Shown: positions 28,801 through 37,800 of the stretch, piece by piece
Numbering within the stretch: position 1 is the first letter of the stretch
How the letters are laid out: every line of letters begins with the position of its first letter
Assembly (NCBI RefSeq): GCF_037042905.1
Contig: NC_087251.1
Location: forward strand, 2,728,001-2,792,000
DNA length: 64,000 nucleotides
Direction: 5' to 3'
From: Lytechinus pictus
Lineage: Eukaryota
The notes under the pieces: model-generated
Seen by the model: the letters and a program-made list of their open reading frames with translations, nothing else
Told to the model about the DNA's origin: nothing
The model's database searches: none
Position numbers and translations under genes: made by a program

Positions 28801-31800
28801 CTATGGAGATAAAAGATGTTTTACCGTTGTGTGAGTTGATAAATCTGAGGGAAGAACACATCTAACATCAAAGTGTTACCCTGGCCAAGATCCTGGATCA
28901 GATCCTGTAGTTCTAACATTACTATAAACCCATGGCATAGATACAAACAAGATAGATCAGGTACACTCTGACATAGATCAGAGGTGAGATGATGGAGATG
29001 GCTTGATTCAACAGCTGAAGTCTTGGAATAATGGAACATTGATGCTACCTGCAAAAAATATGATAGTAATACAAAATCATCATTTTCTCCTTCAATTCTT
29101 TATAACTGGAATTGAAGACATAACTCACACATCATCCTCTTTAACTCAAAATTTCAAGTAATCTTTCCAAATGGAGGAATAGAATAGTTACATGATACAT
29201 AACATAAATCCCTTACCAAAACTGTTCTAGCAATTCTTTATTTTTCTTTCCGCAATCCTAATTCGTCCTGGTCTCAAAATCAACTCACAGTTACTTACAC
29301 TTCTTTTGGTAATAAAATGTCAAACCAAATGGACATTTTTTTGCAAACTAATCCAGTAAGATCCATTTAAACATGTTTGTCTTATAACATCCATATTAAG
29401 AGTTGTGTCTCTAATTTTTGATATGGGTATGATCTACAAATTTACCAGTGTTTTCCTCATTTCTTTCTTTGTTTAATGCACTTTGTATCTGATGAGAAGG
29501 TGCTTTATAGTATGAAGTACTACCATTGTTAGTGCATGTGCCCTTACCATATCAACAAGATGTTTCCCTGACGGAATCCATGTTTTACAGATCAAAGCAA
29601 ACATCAGACTACCAGCACTTCGACAGTCAGCTAAGAACATGTCTAAATTAACATAAATTGAGAATGAGTCATTTACTTTGATTTCTTACTGTAGTTATTC
29701 AAAGAAAAACTCAAATAGAAGAATTGTCAATGATGGTCCAATCACTACGTTATCATTTTGAAAGATTACAGATGGCCATGCTGTAAAGCAAGCTGATTTA
29801 AAGCCTGTCTGAAATTTCAGTAAAGATTTTATATTAATATATCGAACACTGTAATTCTACCATTTGATTATTACTGAACTGGAGAGACTGATGGAAAGTG
29901 TCATGCTTAGATTCATTCAGCAATCTGCTAAACAAAAATCAATAGAAAACAATTTCTTCTATTTATCTTATAATAAATGAACTGATGAAATCTATCACAT
30001 GCTCATGAATGCAACGTTTCTGGAAACAAAAATTAACACAATTATACAAAATCAAAAGAATACAACTCACCTGTTTTGAGAATTGTTGCAAGAAGTCTTA
30101 GCAAAGTCTCAAGGGATGATAAGGTTTCCATACACCTTGCTTCAATTCTACTAGTAATAGAGGATGAACACTTCTGTATGACGGTCAAACCTGTTTTTAT
30201 TAGCACTAGGCATTGCTGCATAGCCTGACTTTGAAGTAGGGTACTGCTATCAGATCTAATGTTTAAATGAATTAGGAAGTCATCCAAATGAGCGTATATG
30301 ATTATTGACTGAATACCATATTGTTGATCAGTAATCTACATGTATTTGTGCCATGCTACAGTCTGAATGTTTATAATATTCAGCATACTCAGAATATCTT
30401 CATTTGTTTTTCAGATCTCACAAAGTTTCAACTATTTTGACACTAGATTATTTCTAAGGGGGATTATGGATTTGTACTTTCAAATAATTTAAATTATTTT
30501 GAAACTCTTCGTTAATTTGTATTCTTTTTTTCTTGGCCTAATACCATTTCCAAGTCAAAGCTGTATAAAACTCAACAGAATTTTCTCACCTACTCTCTGA
30601 AACCAGAACAGCTAATGATTCCGCCAAAAAGGACAGCACTGTAAGTAAATAAAAAATCAATATAAATTAGATATTGTAAGAAAACATGAAATGATCCATA
30701 TCAAGTTTAAATGTCTTATGATGAGAAAATAAGCTGCCATTGTCATACAACAATGCAAGGGATGGTGATTTTTCAAAAAATTTCTGATTATTTTTAAACA
30801 TGAAAGAGGGATAACCAACCTCCTAAAGAGGAGTTATATTATTTTTAGGGATAAAACAAGCAGTTTGGGGCGATATTTCTATGTTTTCTGCAATATATGT
30901 ATAATTAGATCTACTCACAAAAGTATTTAGACCTTTGACCTGAAGACTCACCCTTTCCATAATAATCTCTGACAGAAGATATGACAGTCAGGGGGGCGTT
31001 TCATCAATATTTTCGTCCGACAAGTTGTCAGATCTGACAACTTTCCTGGATTCTGATTGGTTGAGAAGCACTGTTATTATAGCAACTGTCAGATAAATCA
31101 GGACTTGTCGGATAAAACGTCCGACAAGTCCTTTCATGAAACGCTTCCCAGGTCATTTGATGTGACCTGACTGTATTTTAATGTCATCTACCCAGACACC
31201 AAACATGTTTAAAATCTGTTGAATATTTCCAAAGTTATCATGCGGAAACCAACTCGCATATACAATGAGTTGTGACCTTTGATCTGCAGACTCCAAATTC
31301 GAACTTAGTCTGTATTTTGGTGTCATCTACCTACACACCCCAATTTTTTTAATTCGTTGAATATTTCATAAGTTATCATGCTGAAACCAACTTGCATATT
31401 TAATGAGCTGTGACCTTTGACCTGCGGACTCCAAATTCATACTTAGCCTGTATTTTGGTGTCATCTACCTACACACCAAATTTTTTTTTAATCCGAGTTA
31501 TTGCACGGAAAACCAAGTGGGGGGGCGGACGGAAGGACGGACAGACAGGGGCAACGCTTAATGCCCTCTCCGTACTTCGTCTGCGGGGGCATAAAAACTG
31601 ATCATGTCATAGTATATATGTAAATTAAAGAACCAACATACTATACTTACCAACAATAACCTCTTGTTTAACACATTCTTCTCCTAGTTTGAAATTTTCA
31701 AGATGAGTCCGAAGCATACAAAGCATATTTTGTATCTGCTGTTTGTCTGTGTTGTCCACTGCTGATATTGTTTCACAGAGCAGGGTTGCCATGGTATTCA

Positions 31801-34800
31801 CTACATTTTCATGGTAAAGAACTGGTAAACTTTGAAGGATTCTACAAAAAAATCACAAGAATGAAGATCTGTTTAGCCTACTTTTCTCATTTGAATACTG
31901 TGCATGAATAACAAGACTAGATATGGACATATTTTTAATGTTGATGTACATGTATCTTAGTGGATCATCATCAAATTCCTAACCACCACAATCATCAGTA
32001 CTGCCATTATCATTTAAGTATTAACAACCACCTCAATCCTTATAACATCATCACCAGATTCACCACCACCTTCATCCCTACTACAATCACAACCACCCCA
32101 CCACCACAATCACAACCACCAATTACCACCACCACCANNNNNNNNNNNNNNNNNNNNNNNNNNNNNNNNNNNNNNNNNNNNNNNNNNNNNNNNNNNNNNN
32201 NNNNNNNNNNNNNNNNNNNNNNNNNNNNNNNNNNNNNNNNNNNNNNNNNNNNNNNNNNNNNNNNNNNNNNNNNNNNNNNNNNNNNNNNNNNNNNNNNNNN
32301 NNNNNNNNNNNCACAACCACCCCCACCACCATTATCACCACCACCACCACAATCACAACCACCCCCACCACCACCATTATCACCACCACCACCACAATCA
32401 CAACCACCCCCACCACCACCACCACAATCACAACCACCCCCACCACCATTATCACCACCACCACCACAATCACAACCACCCCCACCACCACCATTATCAC
32501 CACCACCACCACCACCACAACCACCCCCACCACCATTATCACCATCGCCACAACCACCCCCACCACCATTATCACCACCACCACCACAATCACAACCACC
32601 CCCACCACCACCATTATCACCACCACCACCACCACAATCACCACCACCCCCACCACCATTATCACCACCACTACCACAACAACCACAACCAAACGAAAAC
32701 CATTATCATCACCACCAACACAACCATCCCCACCACCACCACCATTATCACCACAATCACAACCACCACCATCTCCACCACCATCATCTCCATCTCCATT
32801 ATCAAATTCACCTTCATCATTATGAATAACCTCTTATGTAATTGAATATAGCTGATTAAGTTTAATACTAGTTGACAATAATATTTGAAATGAGTCTTCT
32901 ATGGTGCATCATAATAAACCAGGGACAGGAATCAGGGGCCTGTTGCATGAAAGGGTCTTTCGTAGAACCGTTCTACGTAAGAACGAGATATCGCTCAAAT
33001 GTTTCACAAAGCCAATTTGGGCGATACGAAGAATGGTCCTTGGAAAGACACCTCCAGACATGTCCTACGTAGGCATGATCTTCTTTTGACACCGCCCGCC
33101 ACCGACGGCAAGCCACACTGACATGTCACCTTTAAACATTTTTTTGGGGGGTCATTCGAGTGCACTCTCATGCATTTTATCTGGGATGGCGCCAAGTCAT
33201 TTTTTATATGGGGCAAATTGTCTTAGACGACCCAAAACGGATGTCATTTTACCTTCTCTGGGGTATAGGCCCAAATAATCTTTTTATAATGTTTTCTTTT
33301 ATTCTCCCTCCTGTCTTTTTCCCCACCCCTTTTCCATTTTTTTTTCAATTAAACTTGAAATATCGAAATGGGCGGCAATCTCTCTGACACAGATTATTAG
33401 ATAAACAATATGAAAACAAATTAAAAAAAAAAAATTATGTATGGTAATAAAAGGTGTTTATAACGTTCAGAAAAAAAAAAAAAAAAAAAAAAACACGATA
33501 CAAAACTAAGATGTTACTTAACATGCTAAATCATTTATTTCTTTTCATTTCATTTTCATTACAATTTTTTTCTGCTGAGATGAAAATTAATTGATGGCTA
33601 ACTTCAGGTGGTGAATGAAACAAAATGAGAATCTACAATAATAACATAGCTGAATTTAAGATATAGATTAGGCCTATAGCTTACGAATCCATCACAATCA
33701 TTACAAATGAAGATAAGTTCATTGTACCAATAAAAGAAAAGATTATGAAAAGTCCATTTTAAATCGTAGGGTAGGCCCTATCGGCCCCTAGCTATGTCAT
33801 GTTAAAGCAATAATGTAGTCTCGACTCCTTAACTTGGAAATGTTACACATATATATATTTTTTATATTCTTAAAGCTTATATTCTTATATAAACTTCCAT
33901 AAAGTTATCAACTTTAAATATGACCAACGTTTATGATTGTTGTCATTTTAGCATTGTTTATGTAAATAGTATTTTTCCATTGCGGATTGATTTCACACAT
34001 TTTTCTATGTTTTATTCATTGCAAAGCATTACTTTACCCACTTGGACATGTTTGCAACAATTTTCATATTTTGCTTGTCTTCGGTTACTCATCATGCAAA
34101 GGTATGTTTATACTCTACAACACTCACATTTGTATTTCTTGCGTTATATCTGACAAATAAAATAAATTAGATTTTTCACGCGCAGCCTCTCATATTTTCC
34201 TTTTTAGTCTCATACAATCAGACACGTTGACTTTGTTTACTCCAATTCAAACCCTATTTTTACCTCAACAAATAACATTTAATGCATAATTTGCAAAATT
34301 ATCATTATAAATAAGTATTTTATAAAAAAATCAGAATACTGAACTAAAACAATGTCAAAGTTACTTAATTAATTCAATTTTTATGTCGGACAATGGTCTC
34401 TTTCGTCGAAATATCAATGAAAGGTGTCTCTAAAAGGACACCGTGTTCTAAATAAGGGAAATTTATAATGAAAATTTTGATTTTATCCAGTTATGTTTGT
34501 GAATCTTTCAAGTTTTTTCTCTTTTTACCTCATAAAGTAAGCTCCATACATCAATTCTACAATCAGTTATAAATAAAACATTATTTGATCTCAATTTATT
34601 GAAATATGTGATTTCATGAAAGTCGTCAGTCTGAAATAAAAGGTTCAGGTGACGATGAAGACTAAATATTTTTCAGACACTAAAAAAAAACAAAGTCGCG
34701 GACTTGGAAGACAAAATTGCCTTCATGAAACGGAAAGCGCTGATTTGTCGCCAATCTTCCTATCTCGGAAGAATGGTCCTACATGTAGGACGTTCCTACG

Positions 34801-37800
34801 TATCACTCATCTCGTCGTGCAACAGGCCCCATGGTCCTTGCAAAAGATTATTTCATGCAATTGGTCTTAGATTCTAATCTCTTGTGATATTAAATCTCTT
34901 GATAAAAATGTCAATTTATAAATTTCGTGTGAGTTGATACTACTTTTTTTATCAGACTGATGCCAAAGATGATGAATATTATCATAACAATGATGATGAT
35001 CATACTGACATAGTGATGTTTGTTTTGTATTCAGATGTATAATAATGATACATAGCATTTATAAGGCGCTTACTTCGGGTGTTTCTATGCACACTGTGTT
35101 CTGTGTATAGTTTATACGAGGGAGAAAAAAAAGTGGAATGGGAAAATAACAAAGCTAATACAACTATTAATAATTATCAAAATTGGTGTGCACCTCCAAT
35201 TGACCGACCCACAACAAATCATTTATTAAACATTGAGTAGGGTCTTAAACTGACTAACATACATGGCATTGTGAATGTAAGAGGGTAGCTTATTCCAAAG
35301 GGAAGGGGTAAATTTGAAGAAAAAGTGCGGTTGCCATACTTTGTAGAGGTTCGAGGTCCAGAGTTAGCTGCATCGTAGACGATGAACAGACGATGAACGA
35401 TGCACTAATAGTTTCATTTTTAATATTTTCTTTTAAAATTAGCTTATGATTTATAATCATATATCTCCCATATTCCCATATTGAAACACATTACTACTTA
35501 TTTTTTATCAAGTTAATGATTATTTATAGAATGATAACATAATATTCTTACCCTCTCACAGCTCTGCATCCTAAATCTTTGGAGTCTAAAACAGTAAACA
35601 GTCTTGGCAGAAAATGAGAAAGAATTTCAACTTCCTCAAACTTTACATCTTTCCATTCCAACTTCTTGATGTAGGAACCAAACTGAATCAAAGTGAAAAG
35701 ACAAAAAATCTCAATAACTTTATTTCAATTTTCCTTTTTGTGATATGAGAAAGTATGTGGAAGTAAGATTTGAACCTTCACATGAGTGCACTCAAGATCA
35801 AAAGTTTTTGGACGATAATATTTGAACATGCCTCTGTGTGCACACATTTTACAAACCACAACACAGTAATAATGAGTTGATGATAATGAAAATAATTGTC
35901 TTTTTTTATTGTTGAGCTAAGGCCTATTTTGAAATGATTTGACACTACCGCTGCTAAGGACCATTTAACAAGTTTGTTCTGGAGGAATGCATGACTTCAC
36001 AAGCAACTTATCGATTCATTGGTGACCGTTTTTGTGCTATAAAAGGTCCTACCACAAACTTTCCTTGTTTTAACATACCGTAATGAAAGAGCATTCCATA
36101 TAAATACCTCCCCTTTTTTTTCATTCATTTTTTTCAAACAGAAGCTTTTTAAAAATAAGTATTTTAATCCCCAAAGATCATATTTCATCTGAGTAGCTGA
36201 TGGGATTCAAACTTAATGAAAATCTGATTTAGCATCCAAGAAATAGAAGAAAATGTAATCAGTGAAAAGTCTCACATAATTTACAAACAGCTTGCCTTAA
36301 TGAAACAGTATGTGTCCTCTTAAATTGTGTGCGGGATATAAATATAATGTCTTAATATCATATCGTTAAAATTGATAATAATTACCTCTTTAATGTGAGC
36401 AGCCCATTTATTTGATGAGTCTTTGGACAAATTTTGCAGAAATGGCCTCCACGGAAAATGAAATTCCATCTCTGAAACCTCACATCCTGCATTTCATAAA
36501 ACAATATTTTATAAAACAAGGAGATATGATTTTCTTGTTTCATCAACAGATATAGATTAACTTCAATCCTCTCATCTTTTGATGAAGACATCTTTTCAGT
36601 ATACAGTGCGTATCAAAAAAAGTTTACACTTTGAAAAAGCCCTGGGAATTAAAAAATATACAACATGTGGGTAATTTTTTCACATAGATAATCTTGGGTT
36701 TGGGTCTCATCTATCCAATGAAAGTAAAAGTTTTGACAGAATGTTACACTTGAGTGAGCACTGTCCATTTTCGTAGAGCTCGCAGAAATCTGTTTGCGCA
36801 GAAATGCTCGTTTTCACGCTGTGTAAAGGGGAAAGGGTGAAATCAAACTTACCCTGCAAAACATTTCTCATACATTTCCTTTGCACTTTTAGTCGATTGA
36901 AATAAAACGGATACATTCAAGCATTTTGTAACAATTTTGCCACCCAAATTGAAATTTCAACACTTGGTAAGCACAACCTTTACCCTTTTATGTGCCAGCT
37001 GGATCTGCGGACATAACTGAATCTGAACAAAAGTTTATATCAGACATCTCCTGCATTTTTCACTAAGTTTGTATCATTTAAAGTGGGTTTACATTTCATT
37101 TTTCATTTGATACTTGTTTCTCCACACTTTTCCCAAGCTTGATAATGATTAATAAAATGAAAATGAAGCCTAAGCCATTTTATGTAAATCACAGCTCAGT
37201 GTAAAGCAAATATCGCCACGATGGCATCGGTGTGTGGGGGAGTGGGGTGGGGCTCAATGCACTCTTGGAAGTGTTTTGGGCAAGGAAACAACTTTAAAAA
37301 GCTAAAAGATATCATCAAATCAATTTTACTAGCTAAATTCCACGTGTTCTTCATGATTAAGGTTTACTTTTATTCGCATAACTATTTCCAAGTTCTGCGC
37401 AAATCATTTTTCACTAATTTTTCAAAAGTGGTGCTCACTCAAGCGGAAATATTTTTCGACAGTTATATCGTCATTTGCTTAAATGGATCTGTACCAATGT
37501 TAAAATGTGGAAAAATCTTCAGGATATTACACATATATAATTTTACAGGATTTTTTCTAAGTGTAAACTTTTTTTTGATACGCACTGTAGTAAAGCTTTT
37601 TCACTAGTATACATTCATCTTTTCAATATTTTCCTCTTTTCAACTCATTAGTCTCTTCAAAATCCTTGTCTTTAATTTCAATATCTGCATATAAAAGATG
37701 AATGCATAAGATCTAAAAAATAGATGAAATCATTGGAAATTAAGTTATATAAGAAAATAAAGACATCAAAGAAATTATATTAACACATGAAATTGTACTA

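Noticed and set aside
31960-32829. 289-aa proline-rich ORF and antisense poly-V ORF
   Set aside because: Translation of a CAC minisatellite across an N gap.
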